Assembly (NCBI RefSeq): GCF_000143415.4
Contig: NW_003314277.1
Location: forward strand, 1,873,185 to 1,937,184
Reading direction: 5' to 3'
Length of the DNA: 64,000 nucleotides
Source of the DNA: Selaginella moellendorffii
Lineage: Eukaryota; Plantae; Lycopodiophyta
Positions 49,331 through 61,921 of the stretch are shown in pieces (within the stretch, counting starts at the first letter, position 1; each line of letters starts with the position of its first letter). Below the pieces are notes generated by a model, which had not been told where the DNA came from, ran no database searches, and was given only the letters and a program-made list of their open reading frames with translations. Made by a program: the position numbers and the translations under genes.

Positions 49331-51831
49331 ATGGGCTGCTCGCTACCTGCGATTCTCGCCATTCTCCTCCTCCACTGCTGCATTGCCGCGGCTGCCCCGC
49401 TCAGCGATCTCGTCACGAATCTCCCCGGCCAGCCGCGCGTCCGATTCCGGCAGTACGCGGGCTACGTGACGGTGGATCCATCCGCGGGGCGAGCATTGTT
49501 CTACTATTTCGTGGAGGTGGAAGGCGGTGCTCCACAGTCCAAGCCTCTCACGCTTTGGCTCAATGGAGGTACTGTGATCTCCTAGTGCGTGCTTCTTTTT
49601 TCCAGTAGTGTCACTCACACAGAGTTCTTGTCTGGCACCAAAAAAAAAAAAGGTCCCGGATGCTCGTCGATTGGATGCGGTGCGTTTACGGAGCTGGGAC
49701 CATTCTATCCAAATGCTTCCGGCACTGGACTGCTGAGAAATCCACAGTCCTGGAACAAAGGTCCGATTAAATTCTTCCATGATCTCGCTTTTGCTTTCTC
49801 CCCGATCGAGAAGATCTCTAAAACGTGGGTTTCTTCCTTTTCTAGTTTCCAATCTCTTGTTCTTGGATTCGCCCGCTGGAGTTGGATGGTCGTATTCCAA
49901 CACCAGCTCCGACTATGACAACGTTACCGATGAGAAAACTGGTATGATTCAATGATCTTTTCCTTCCTCTCTTCTCCGGACAAATGCTTTTCGTCTCTGG
50001 CCTCCTTCTCCATCTTTGTTTTCTTCCTCTTTATCTCCTGTTCTTGGTCTCTTTTCTTTTTCCTTGGCTTGTTTTGGTCGGAACGACGAGAGCGTGCAGT
50101 GGTTTTTCATCGTTTCCAGTGTCACTGAGCTTTGCTTTCTGGGAATGCGTGGCTTTACAGCTCAAGATACGCTCCTGTTCTTGCTGGGATGGTTCAGAAA
50201 GTTTCCAGAGTTTAGAAGTTCCGACCTCTACATCACTGGCGAGAGCTACGCAGGTCTGATCATACTTTTTTCGTATTTGGCTCCAAATTCCGTATTAACC
50301 ATCTCCTTCCTTTTTTTTTTGGTTTTTCTCCTCGTCCAGGACACTATGTCCCACAATTGGCTTCCGTCATTCTTGGACACAATGAGCGCAATCGCCAGGA
50401 AGAACTCCGGTTGAAAGGCATTGCAGTAAGTGGTGTTCTTCGTTTCCACTTTTCTTGATGGATCTTCTTTGCAAACTTTGTGGTGGTGGTGTAGATCGGG
50501 AATCCTTTGCTCAATCTCGGGATAGACACCGCTGCCATGTACGAGTACTTTTGGTCACACGGGTTGATCTCCGATGATACTTTCGCCGCCGTCAAGGGAG
50601 CTTGCAACTTCGAGGATTACGAGCTCGGGGCCGAGAAGCAGCACAACGTTTCCAACCAGTGCGACGTGATCATGGGCAAGTCCGACGACGAGGTGGGCGA
50701 TTTCATCAATAACTACGACGTGATCCTCGACGTGTGCCTTCCGTCGCTGTTCCTCCAGGAGCTCAGGCTGAAGCAACACGTGAGTAGTAAGCTAGAGAAT
50801 TCCTGGAGCTTGATGCTGTTCTTTTTCGTTCTTTTTTTTTCTTCTTTGCGCGTTTGATTCATTGCTCGCTTGCCGTGATCTCCAGGTGATCCGCATCTGG
50901 CATCTGTGATCTTACTCATTTAATTGCTCGCCGTGTTTTTTGTTGTTTTTTTTTTGGTTCTGCCAAGCAGATCACTCAGAAGAGCTATGGAGTTGATGTT
51001 TGCATTGATGACGAAAGAGACCTCTATCTCAATGACTACAGAGTACAGCAAGCTCTTCATGCCAACGTTACAGGACTCAACTACAAATGGACAATGTGTG
51101 ACGGGTAACTACGCTGTTTCTTAAGTTCTCTCGAGTTTTCTCTCGAAAGTTCTCTTGCTCGATCACTAACTTATCAAAAATTTTCTCGAAACCTTTCAGG
51201 CCCGTCCAATACTATCTCCAGGATGGTAGCATCGACATTGTTCCCTTGCTCCAAAACATCGTCAAAACCGGCCTTCGTGTCTGGGTTTTCAGGTAAGAAA
51301 GCTTTCTTTCCATTTTTCTTGAACTTCTTTCTTCGTTCGCGTGTGTTCTCGTTTCATCTCGTGAAAGTCCACCATGTTTTCTACTTTTTTTTAATTTCCT
51401 TTCTCAGCTGCTCAGTCACTCGCTTGCGATTCTTGCAGTGGTGATCAGGACTCTGTCGTGCCATTGACTGGAACCCGGACAATAATCAATGGGCTTGGCA
51501 AAAGTCTCAATCTTCCAGCTACAGTCCCATACACTGCCTGGTACTTGGGAGGCCAGGTACTTTGTTTCTCTTTTTTATCTTAGCTCTAGGCTTAGTACGA
51601 GCTCAAGATGTGAAAAGTTCACTGGCTATGTAGATAGTTTAGACAAAATCATTTGAGCTCTGGCTAAAACCTCTCCAAATCCAGGTTGCCGGATGGACGC
51701 AAGTTTATGGAAATCTGACGTACGCGACGATACGAGGAGCAGCGCATATGGTTCCTTACGCTCAACCCGCGCGAGCGTTGCTACTCTTCCAAACTTTTCT
51801 CTCCGGCCAGACGCTTCCCAAGAACAGCTAA
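49331..51831 (+). CDS. Serine carboxypeptidase-like protein, clade II type, secreted
   Basis: LPGQP..QYAGYV and WLNGGPGCSS, with catalytic triad motifs [14 protein letters not shown] and RGAAHMVP. Confidence 0.95.
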
Positions 51832-53060
51832 CACTTTCCAAGATGGGATACCGATGGACACCAAAACCGAGCACACCATTTTTCCCAGCAACATCTCGAT
51901 GCAAACGAAAGCGCGAAAGCAGGGTCTCTACTCAAAGGAGTGGAAACCCTCCTCTCTTTTCTTTCACTTTCGAAGAATCGAAGCAAACAAAAAGAGGGAA
52001 AAAAACCACACACACACACAATACAAGGAAGAAGAAGAAGAAGAGAAAGATACGAGGCAAAAAGAGCCGAGTTTGATGCTGTTGTAAGCTATATAGCAAA
52101 GCAAACACAAAGCATGTACTATATAGTTCTTTCAAATCATAGCCAGCGAGTGATCAAACCAAGGAAAAAAAAAGAGAGTCCGCGACTTTGCTCTCCGGAT
52201 CGAAGAGAAGCATCAAAGTACTCTCTAAAAGTTTCTTCGTGATGATTAGAGACCAAGTGAGAGATCACGCATGAGTAGAGAGAGCTTGGATTGTTTGTCT
52301 AGTGTTTTAAGTCTTCTACTTCTAGCTAGCCTACAAAGAGTGGGAGTTCCGTGCTGTGTGTTTGGGGGACAGGGTCTACGTTAGCCCTGTGGAAGCTTGA
52401 CGATAGAATCGTGATTGTTGGAACTTTGCTGGAGCTTGCTGTTGGCCACTCTTGGAATTTTCTACGCGCGGAGAGGATCGATCGATCCACGGGAAGAAGA
52501 AGAAAGTGATGGACGAAGAAGAGAAAATAATCTCGCGAAATGGATGAGCGGGATCCCCAAGAACACGGAAGTGGGAGCCAACTTGCTCACTGTTAATCTC
52601 GTACTGTGTGATAGAAAAAACTGGAACTTTGGTGGGCTTCCACGTGAATGATTTAAAGGATTTTCTTTGTTATCAAAAGAACAAAACTATGGTAAGAATC
52701 TCGAGACAACGCTCTTCATGGGAGGAACTTTACAGCAGCCGTCCACGCGGTAAAGGCTTGTTTTTTACTTTTCTTTCCAATTATCCTCCAATCATGGTGT
52801 CACGTCGCTTTGTGCTCGTTCACAGCGAATTTTAGCTGGCCAATGCGGCGGTTCGAATCCCTTTAGCGGCGGGAGGCAAGAACCCTAAATCTCTCCTGTT
52901 AGCAGGCGAATAAGCCAGCGGCTTGGCGCTAGTCAGGTGATTCTAGGGGGCTCTGGCAGCAATCTATGGAAATCTCGTGTCGGGAGCTTAGACTCTTGCA
53001 GCGGGAGCTGGATTTGCATTCTAAGTAGTAGATCTGAGCTGTCACAAAACCCTAGGGGGA

Positions 53061-55632
53061 ATGGAGACGGCTGTGAGCACCTCGGCGCTTCCTAGATCAT
53101 CGTCCAAGGCGCGAGAATCGGCATGGAAGACAGAGCGAGGATCTTGGAGAGCCGACCGAGCGCTATCGAGCCTAGTGCATATAGGTAATCATTTGGTTCA
53201 TCCCTTGCTGTGGATCTCACGGGTAAATGCGGTTGATTGCTAGACTGCCTCTCGTCCAACGCGGCGAATCAAGACGATTTTGAGAAGGACTCGGAGGAAG
53301 ATCGAAAGGGGAAGAACAAGATCGCGTCTTTCAAGGCTATCATTGCGTCCAAGAAGCTGAGGTCATCGTTCCGGAGGAAGAGACGGAGAAAGAGATCGCT
53401 GATCGAGGACGTGTGGGACGCCGAGGAGCAAAAGGCCGTGGATGCTTTTAGACAGGTTTTGCTAGCTGAGAATCTCCTTCCAGACAGGCATGACGATTAC
53501 CATACGCTGCTGAGGTATGTGCTATACTCTTTTCTTTTTTTCTCTCTCCCTGTTATCCATACAGTTGCTTTTGCTGGCTCTAGATTTTTGAAGGCTCGGA
53601 AGTTTGATCATGACAAGGCCAAGAACATGTGGATCGAGATGCTGCAATGGAGGAAAGACAACGACGTAGACACTATTGAAGAGGTATGCTGAAGTTTTGT
53701 CCCTCGTTTCGTAAAATGTAGGTCCTTTTTTGCAGTCTTTTGCATTCGAGGAACTAGAAGAGGTGAAGAAGTATTACCCCCATGGTAATCACGGCGTGGA
53801 CAAAGAAGGAAGGCCTGTTTACATCGAGCGTCTTGGCAAGGTGGAACCGAATAAGCTCATGAACGTCACAACCATCGATAGATATTTGAAGTACCATATA
53901 TGTGAGTTCGAGAGAACCATCAACAAGAAGTTCCCTGCTTGTTCGATTGCGGCAAAACGGCACATAGATTCTACCACTACGATTCTGGATGTGGCTGGTG
54001 TGGTAAGAGATTACATCACTTATAATTACGACATAATGCTAATGTTCTTTTGCAGGGTCTCAAAAACTTCAATAAGACTGCACGAGAGCTGATAATCAGG
54101 ATGCAAAAAATTGACGGCGACAATTATCCTGAGGTAAATCTTAAAACGATTTCTGATTTTTTCTCAATCTTGTACAATTTCTGCACACAGACTCTACACA
54201 GAATGTATATCGTGAACGCCGGATCTGGGTTTAGATTGCTGTGGAATACTGTCCGAAGCTTTCTGGATCCTAAAACTACCTCAAAGATCACAGTAAGTAA
54301 TTCTTTCGTTACGCATACGTTTCTTAATTTCTTATACTTTCTTTGCAGGTCTTAGGAAACAAGTTTCAAAGCAGACTCCTCGAGGTTATTGATGCAAAGT
54401 ATGTATATGTTGCATGTCATGCTAGAGGGTTTTTGACTGATTTGGTTTCAACAGCGAGCTGCCAGAATTTCTTGGCGGGACCTGCAATTGTCTCGTGGAA
54501 GGTGGCTGCATGTGCTCTGATAGAGGACCGTGGAAAGACCCATCCATTTTGAAGGTATCGTCATTGTTAGTTGTTGTCTTTTGAACTAGGCTGATCCTAG
54601 TCTGCTCTTCAGGCTGTTATGGATGGAAAAGCGAAGTTTGCAAGACAAATTGTGACTATAGATTCCGGTGGAACAGAAATTAAGGTATAACTATATCTTT
54701 CTCCGTTTTGGAGGCCGATTTTGATTGATTATGATCCAGGTCCGAGAGCTGGATGTTTCAACTGCAGAATCTGGCTCGGACGTGGATGACTTCTCTGTCA
54801 GAACGAGACCAGGTTTCGTGAGGCTGAACTCCGTGTCTGAAGAGGTGAGGTAGCTAATGTTCTTCACGCGACACTGACGTGCTCTTACAGGTCTATGGCG
54901 GTGCTAGACTTTTGGACAACCCGGACTTGGTCCTTGGTAATGAGATGGTACCAATGGTCGATAAGGCTGTTGACAACATTGCTAGCGTCTACGTGAAGAA
55001 AACGGACTCGAACGGCTACAGCGCCAGCATTCATGCAAGAGGTTTAAGTTTGAAGTTTGCAACTTTTTGGCAATACTGATACTGGCTTCAGGCAATGCAG
55101 ATATTTCCAAGCTCCACCCGGGTGCTTTTGCGAATTACCTTGCAGCAATTTTGGCATTTTTCATGAGTGTTGTGATCATTGCTCGAGAAATTTGCAAAAG
55201 AAAACAGGAGATGCTTACTGGCGGCGTTGGTTCAAGCTCGCGTGTCGTCCATAATTTGCAACCACCTGCTGTAGTGGAGCAAATGGTCTCTAGTGGGATC
55301 AAGGACCGTGTAGAGAAGCTTGAAGGGCTTGTGAGGGAGCTACTTGAGCAAAACGAGAAGCTGAAGAGAATCATCTCTGTTGAAGCGGCTGAACGGATCA
55401 AGGCGCTCGAGGATGAACTGGCTGAGACAAAGGAGGTACTGATTTTTTAAAAATGATGATTAGCTTATGATTGTATGTATTTCCAGAGCCTTCGCAGCAT
55501 GCAAATCAAGCAAGAGGAGCTGCATACTAGTTTTGAACAATTAAAGGAACGAAGTTTGCAGGTATTGCATATTACTTTTTTTGTTTCGTACTGACGTTTT
55601 CTCTTGTTTAGCGGACGGGGTGGTGTTGGTAA
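53061..55632 (+). CDS. SEC14-like phosphatidylinositol transfer protein (SFH / Sec14-nodulin type)
   Basis: [43 protein letters not shown] and [16 protein letters not shown], then a coiled coil and terminal WCW*. Confidence 0.93.
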
Positions 55633-55771
55633 AACCTAAGCTGACTTGTATAGCGTGGAATAAGACTGCACGATATGTAGAGGAGTGATGTTTGATGCAA
55701 TAAAACATCTGTTTGGGTGATCGGGACCGTTCTTCAGGTAGTTTTCTTGTTAGGTATTGGATTTTTCCGGT

Positions 55772-56653
55772 ATGACAGAAAGTTTGTGGGATGATGTTAA
55801 GAGCTTGAAGCACAGCAAGACGTTGAGTACCTCTATTGAAGATGACAAATACCGGCGTCAGGTGGATGCTGCTAAGAAACGTGCTGCAGCTCAAAATGTC
55901 GATTATCCTACGTTCGCAGCCATGGTAAGAAAACGCATTAAATTTTTCTATACTTACTCATTCTTTATGCAGGTCTCTGCTGCTCACTTACAACCAGTTG
56001 ATCGAAAGAGGCTGGCGGAACCCAGAGCGGATACTAAAAGAACTGCTCCAGCTTGGTCGTTCAGTTCTTCTGGAAGTTTGCTGAAGGCCGACGACGTTAG
56101 ATCTCAAGCAGGCACGGAAGCTCCCATCTTGTCGAAGCGCGATGTCCTTGAGTCTCTGGAAAAGCTGAAAAGTTTTGTGCGAGGCACGGGTAATGCAGAT
56201 GTACCACCCACTGCCGCCAGAACCGTGGGGCCTATGACGCAAGATGCCTTTCGAAAAGGCTGGAGAAGTCTATCCACGGAACCTCCAGACAAGAGGCTAG
56301 AGTTCCTGGCAAACGTTGGACCCTTTCCAAGGATTTTCAGAGTGGAGATTCCTCCAGATATCCTTACCGGGGTTTTGGGAACTTTGCTAGATGCATTGGG
56401 TGAGACACAGGGGCCGGGTGGTGTGTCGGCTGTGGTTAAGATTCTAGAGTCGATTTCCAAGTGCTCGAGGTTCGCCATCACAATGAAGCTGATGGGACAG
56501 AGGAACAGGGCAGTAGTTGATCGGCTCTTCGACATTCTATCAGACGACAGTGAACTCGACGAGCTCCGATCAAAGTTTACAGTGTGGGAATCTTTCTCTC
56601 GTCGGGGAACGTCAGGGAACCGAACGGAACAGGACGCGTTCACGTCGTTATGA
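55772..56653 (+). CDS. CCDC103: CCDC103/DNAAF19-like dynein attachment factor (Dynein_attach_N plus RPAP3_C-like domain)
   Basis: DDKYRRQVDAAKKRAAAQNVDYPTFAAMVSAAHLQP after removing the 48-nt intron 55925-55972. The C-terminal FRKGWR..IFRVEIPPDIL..LESISKCSRFAITMKLM resembles RPAP3_C. Confidence 0.8.
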   Translation: MTESLWDDVKSLKHSKTLSTSIEDDKYRRQVDAAKKRAAAQNVDYPTFAAMVRKRIKFFYTYSFFMQVSAAHLQPVDRKRLAEPRADTKRTAPAWSFSSSGSLLKADDVRSQAGTEAPILSKRDVLESLEKLKSFVRGTGNADVPPTAARTVGPMTQDAFRKGWRSLSTEPPDKRLEFLANVGPFPRIFRVEIPPDILTGVLGTLLDALGETQGPGGVSAVVKILESISKCSRFAITMKLMGQRNRAVVDRLFDILSDDSELDELRSKFTVWESFSRRGTSGNRTEQDAFTSL

Positions 56654-57024
56654 AGGAAAGCTCCACGTATGTAATCATCGATGGCGTCACTGTGGTGGTG
56701 AGGTTCTTCTGCAGCACGGGCCCGTGGTCGTGCAAGTGGCGCAGGTTTGAGATGTCTTTTCCTTTATTACTTCATGCAATTTGGACAATGATTTTGTAAT
56801 AGGTACTGGCTACGCATACAACGTGGAAAAGTTCTCGAGCTCTTCAACAAGCATAGGTCCTTTCTGCTACTACAACCAAGGGACTCTGGACTTTGACCGG
56901 GGCAGGATACTTGGACTACCAGAGACCACCAACTTGGCTTGGCAACGAAGGAACAGACAAAGGGAGGATTTTGCTCTTTGGATTTCGTGGGAGGAGGACG
57001 CACAAGTTCTAAGGCTGTTTACTA

Positions 57025-57915
57025 CTACGCGACAAGGACTATGGGAAGAACGTAGACAAGAGCAGGGAATACTGGAGTCGCGAAGCCAGCCGATGAGGAT
57101 GGCAATGCAGAGACTGGAATCGCGACAGGGTTCTCTCTTCGGGAGCCGCCGGAGAATCCTTGGGCAGTGGCAGTGGAAGGCTCGGCAGCCGATGGAGCAC
57201 GGTCTTGATAAGAACCGTGGCTCAAAGGCTGGACGCGGATGGAGAACTTTTGTCCCAAGTTGCAGTGGCTGGGAACTCCAGAGATGAACCAGTACCAGCC
57301 GTCTCTCAGCAGGTAGACCACCGTATCTCCGTCGTCATACGTTGCCAGGGGTTTGGAATTGGAGCAGGAGACGTAGTCTGCGAGGCTCACTTGCAACACG
57401 CTCTCGGTGCCTTGATCATAGCGGAAGTCTGCCAGCAGCCAGCCATCCATGAGAGAAGAGAAAGAGGAGCTATTGGGAAAAGCAGCAGTCGCAAACAGGA
57501 TTGAGTGCTTCGATAACGAAGAGGAACTTAAGCCAGTGGATTCTAGCAGGAATCTTTGCGAGCATTTCCGCGAGAAAGAGAAGAAGATATAGGCAGCGTG
57601 CCTTCGACTTGGTGGGATTGACTTCGAGGAGAACTACGGATAGAGGGCAGGGGATTCTAGCAGCAAACTTGACGAGCATTTCTCCGAGAAGCACTGGATA
57701 GAGGACTTACGCAGCGTGTCTTCGACTTGGAAGCTGTATTGCGAGGCCCAGTCCGTGTAGTTGATCTTGGCGAGAGAGGGCAGCTTCCATCCGGCCTTGT
57801 CGCCCACATTGTGCTGGATACCCGCCGAGACGATCGCCGCGAACACCGCAAGAACAGTGATCGCGAGAGAGACGGTGGAAGCGAGCAAACTTCCGGTTGA
57901 AGCCACGAAGAACAT
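57025..57915 (-). CDS. Early nodulin-like phytocyanin (ENODL), predicted copper-free and GPI-anchored
   Basis: VGDKAGW..NYTDWA and FRY..ESVLQV..WFISGVPSHCNLGQK, where the His and Cys ligands are replaced. Hydrophobic tail. Confidence 0.9.
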
Positions 57916-58032
57916 TTGCTTTGCTATGCTTTGCTATGCTTTGCTTTGCGCTGCTACTAAAAACAAAAGAGGCGAATCTTTTAAATACCAGCAAAAATTC
58001 CCTAGAATATCCTCTCGTCACGTGTCAGCTTC

Positions 58033-59148
58033 TCACTGGATGTCCACGCTGTGCTTGATCTTGGCGAGCTCCATCTGCGCTTGCATGAGCAGCTGCATTC
58101 GATGGAGCTCCAGATCTTTGGTGAATTGCATCCGGATCTTCTCCAGATCCACCAGCTGCTGCCGCTTGCACTCCTCCATGCGCTCGAAGATCTCGCCCAG
58201 CTTGGCGATGGCACCGGCGAGCGGCGACGAGGAAGACGAGGACGAAGATGGCGATCCCATCTTCCTCTTCTTCTTCTTCTTCGCGGCATTGCCACCTCCG
58301 CGCTTCTTCGTCTTGAAGTTTAAGACCCACAATAGATCTTCCTGTTCTTCGTGATCTTGGAGGTCTTCGTCAAGATCATCGTCATTTCCTTCTTCTTCCT
58401 CCTCTTCTTCGCTGCTGCTGGGATGATAGTGCTGCCGCTTGGACGGCCTGGGCTTGGATTCCTTGCCGGAGTTCTTGACGATGTTCCCAGCATCGGCCCC
58501 GATCGGGAGGGACGAGCGAGGAGTGGTGGTGGTGGTGGCGGTGGAGTTCTTGGCGTTGCTGGCCATCCCGAGAAGCCTGTCAAGGATTCGATAGAACGGC
58601 CACTTGCTGGGCGATCCCAACGAGCTCTGCTTCTGCCGCTCCTGCTTGAATTTCTTCTTGAGCGTGTCCACGCGATTCTTGCACTGGACGTCCGTCTTGG
58701 GGCTGTGGCTCCGGATCGTCACCGCCGCCGCCAGCTCCGCCCAGTGATCCAGCCGCAAATGCCACTTGTTGAGCGCCACGCACTTGTCCCCCCACGCCTG
58801 GAGCAGCGCCAGCGTCGCGCCATCGCCCCAATCGTCCCGCCCCAAACCCTGGCTGCTGCCCCTCACCTGGATCGGCGACTGCTGGAGGAGCTCCGGGTTC
58901 GCGCAAGCGATCTGGCCAAACAAATCCTCCTCCTCTTCCTCCTCCTCCTCTCCTCCTCCTCCTCCCGCGGCTACATTTGGGGCTGGAGTGGAAATCTGCG
59001 CTGCTGCTTCTTCCTCTTCCTCTAGATTCTCCTCTTCCGGATTCTCCTCCTCTTCCTCCTCCTCCTCCTCTTGATCGACAGTGTGAATGCCCTGCTGGAG
59101 CTGCCGTAGGAGCACCTGATGCGATCCACTCCTGCTGTTGATCACCAT
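58033..59148 (-). CDS. Trihelix transcription factor (SIP1/ASIL clade), intronless
   Basis: WGDGATLALLQAWGD..HWAELA..KTDVQCKNRVDTLKKKFK..WPFY, plus a C-terminal coiled coil DLEKIRMQFTKDLELHRMQ. Confidence 0.92.
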   Translation of the reverse strand: MVINSRSGSHQVLLRQLQQGIHTVDQEEEEEEEEENPEEENLEEEEEAAAQISTPAPNVAAGGGGGEEEEEEEEDLFGQIACANPELLQQSPIQVRGSSQGLGRDDWGDGATLALLQAWGDKCVALNKWHLRLDHWAELAAAVTIRSHSPKTDVQCKNRVDTLKKKFKQERQKQSSLGSPSKWPFYRILDRLLGMASNAKNSTATTTTTPRSSLPIGADAGNIVKNSGKESKPRPSKRQHYHPSSSEEEEEEEGNDDDLDEDLQDHEEQEDLLWVLNFKTKKRGGGNAAKKKKKRKMGSPSSSSSSSSPLAGAIAKLGEIFERMEECKRQQLVDLEKIRMQFTKDLELHRMQLLMQAQMELAKIKHSVDIQ

Positions 59149-59381
59149 CGCATCAAGAAGCCATAGCCATCCGGAAGAACCCTAGATCCACCCGTATATT
59201 CTGGCAGTGCAAACCCAAAATATTCCGCCTAACAGAATATTCCTCCGGTGGGGCATATACCGACAGCGATAGCCGGGGGTGGCATATTCCGCCCGTGCGC
59301 GAGCATATGCTCAGACGGATTCCAGTAGACGGCGGATATGGTGAGCAGCAGCAAAGCTCTCCAGCGGAGGAGTGCTCGAGA

Positions 59382-61921
59382 ATGGCGCCACCGACCTCGT
59401 CTTCGCCGCGCAAGCTCGAGATCGTTAATCCGGTGCCGGCGGACATCGACATTGCGCAGTCGGTCGATCCGCTGCCCATTGCCTCCATCGCGCAGGACTT
59501 AGGTTTGTCGCCCCACGAGTTCCAGCTCTACGGCCCCTCCAAGGCCAAGGCAAGCCCCTCTCTCCCTCTCTCAATCACTCCCTCGCCACGGCTCTACATT
59601 CGATCGATCGATCGATCCAGCGCGCGGTTTTGGTGATTTCTTTTGCTTTCTTTGTGCTCTCGCCAGGTGCTCTTGCCCGTCCGGGATCGCCTCAAGAACC
59701 ATCCCGATGGATTCTACGTCGTGGTGGCCGGGATTACGCCGACGCCGCTGGGAGAGGGCAAATCGACCACCACTGTTGGGCTCGGGCAAGCCATGGGGGC
59801 TCATCTCGGAAAGAAGGTGAGCTCTTTCCTCCTCTACTGTAGGATCTAGAGTGAGTGATCTAGAGTCCTCCTTTGGCTTGCTTTCTATCGCAAACACTGT
59901 TTGCGATATTTCGTCGTGAATTTCCTCTGCATTTACATGGATTCCATCGTGCTGGAATACGTTGTTTATTGTTTTTGCTATCATCCTGCTCTAAATTCTT
60001 TCTTTGTCAAAGCTCTCTGATTGTCAAAGTTCTCTGGCTAGAACTTTTTCATCTATTGTCAAAGTTCTCTGGCTAGAACTGATGTAACTTCTCGAAGTTC
60101 TCTGGCTAGAACTTGGCTCTTAAAGCTCGCAAAGCTCCAGTCAGTCGTAGTAAAGTTCACGATTGCTCGCTAAGTATACTTGGTTCTATCCAGGTTGTGG
60201 CTTGCCTACGCCAACCAAGCCAAGGCCCGACGTTTGGGATCAAAGGTGGAGCTGCCGGAGGAGGATACAGTCAAGTGATTCCGATGGAGGAGTTTAATCT
60301 CCATCTCACTGGCGACATACACGCGATCACCGCAGCCAACAATCTACTTGCGGCCGCCATCGACGCTCGGATGTTCCACGAGAACACCCAGTCGGACAAG
60401 GCTCTGTTCAACAGGCTGTGTCCCGCGGACAAGGAAGGGAAGAGAAGCTTTGCGAAGGTGATGTACACTCGCTTGAAGAAGCTCGGCATCGAGAAGACGG
60501 ATCCAAACCAGCTCACGGCAGAAGAGACGAAGAAGTTCGCGAGACTGGACATTGATCCCGCCACTATCACCTGGAAGAGAGTGATGGACGTGAACGACAG
60601 GTTTCTTAGGAAGATCACGGTTGGACAGGGGCCGGAGGAGAAGGGGATGACCAGAGAGACTGGCTTCGACATCTCCGTGGCCAGTGAGATCATGGCGGTC
60701 CTCGCATTGACAACTTCGCTGGCGGACATGCGTTCCAGACTGGGAAAGATGGTGATCGGATCGAGCAAAGCCGGCGATCCCGTCACGGCTGACGATCTGG
60801 GAGTCGGAGGGGCATTGACAGTTCTCATGAAGGACGCGATCCATCCAACTCTGATGCAAACGCTGGAGGGAACTCCAGTCTTCGTTCACGCCGGACCGTT
60901 TGCCAACATTGCTCACGGGAACTCGTCCATCGTTGCCGACCAGATTGCTCTCAAGCTCGTTGGTCCGGAAGGCTTTGTGATAACTGAGGCAGGCTTTGGA
61001 GCTGATATCGGGTGTGAGAAGTTCATGGATATCAAGTGTAGATACAGCGGGCTGAGACCTCAGTGCGCGGTCATTGTGGCGACTGTCCGAGCTCTCAAGA
61101 TGCATGGTGGAGGTCCAGCCGTTGTTGCTGGCAAGCCTCTTGATGCGGCCTACAAAAGTGAGAACTTGGAGCTGGTTCGAGCGGGGTGCTCCAATCTGGT
61201 GAAGCACATCGAGAACACGAGATCTTACGGTGTCAACGTGGTGGTCGGGATCAACGTGTTCGCCACTGACACCGAAGCCGAGCTTGCCGCGGTGAAGTCG
61301 ATCGCTTTGGACGCGGGTGCCTTCGACGCGGTTCTGTGCACGCACTACGCGAGTGGTGGCGAGGGAGCTGTAAGTTTGGTTTCAGTTGTTTCCATGGTTT
61401 AAGCTTTGCTTGGTTGGTTTTTTCGTTTTCTACCAGGTGGAGCTCGGGTATGCTGTGCAAAGAGCCTGCGAACGACACAGCGCGCCTCTAAAGTTCCTGT
61501 ACCCGCTGGAGCTGAGCATCAAGGAGAAGATCGAGGCGATTGCGAAGTTCTACGGTGCCGACAATGTGGAGTACGAGTCAGAAGTAAGCTCTCCATTTGC
61601 TTCTCGATCTTCTTCTCATTTGCTCGTCCCGATCGTTGCTCACAGGCAGAAGCAAAGATCGAGCTCTACACGAGACAAGGCTTCTCGCAACTTCCCATTT
61701 GCATGGCGAAGACGCAGTACTCGTTCTCGCACGATCCATCGCTCAAGGGAGTTCCAAAGGGATTCACGCTGCCCATCCGAGACGTGCGCGCGAGCGTGGG
61801 TGCCGGTTTTATATACCCGCTGGTTGGGGCCATGAGCACCATGCCTGGCTTGCCGACCAGGCCGTGCTTCTACGACATTGATTTGGACATTGAAAGTGGG
61901 AAGGTTTTGGGATTGTCGTGA
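59382..61921 (+). CDS. THFS: Formate--tetrahydrofolate ligase (10-formyl-THF synthetase)
   Basis: [51 protein letters not shown] and TMPGLPTRP. Intron 1 (59550-59666) has a GC donor. Confidence 0.97.
60027..60113 (+). repeat. Three ~20-bp tandem repeats (aagttctctggctagaact) in THFS intron 2
   Basis: Direct inspection. Confidence 0.85.

Noticed and set aside
60027-60113. Short repeats with variable spacers resembling a CRISPR array
   Set aside because: Eukaryotic intron, three units, short related spacers and no cas genes.
60271-61345. Long antisense ORFs (185 and 333 aa) over THFS, and similar shadows over the trihelix and CCDC103 genes
   Set aside because: Antisense shadows of GC-rich coding exons with no independent motifs.
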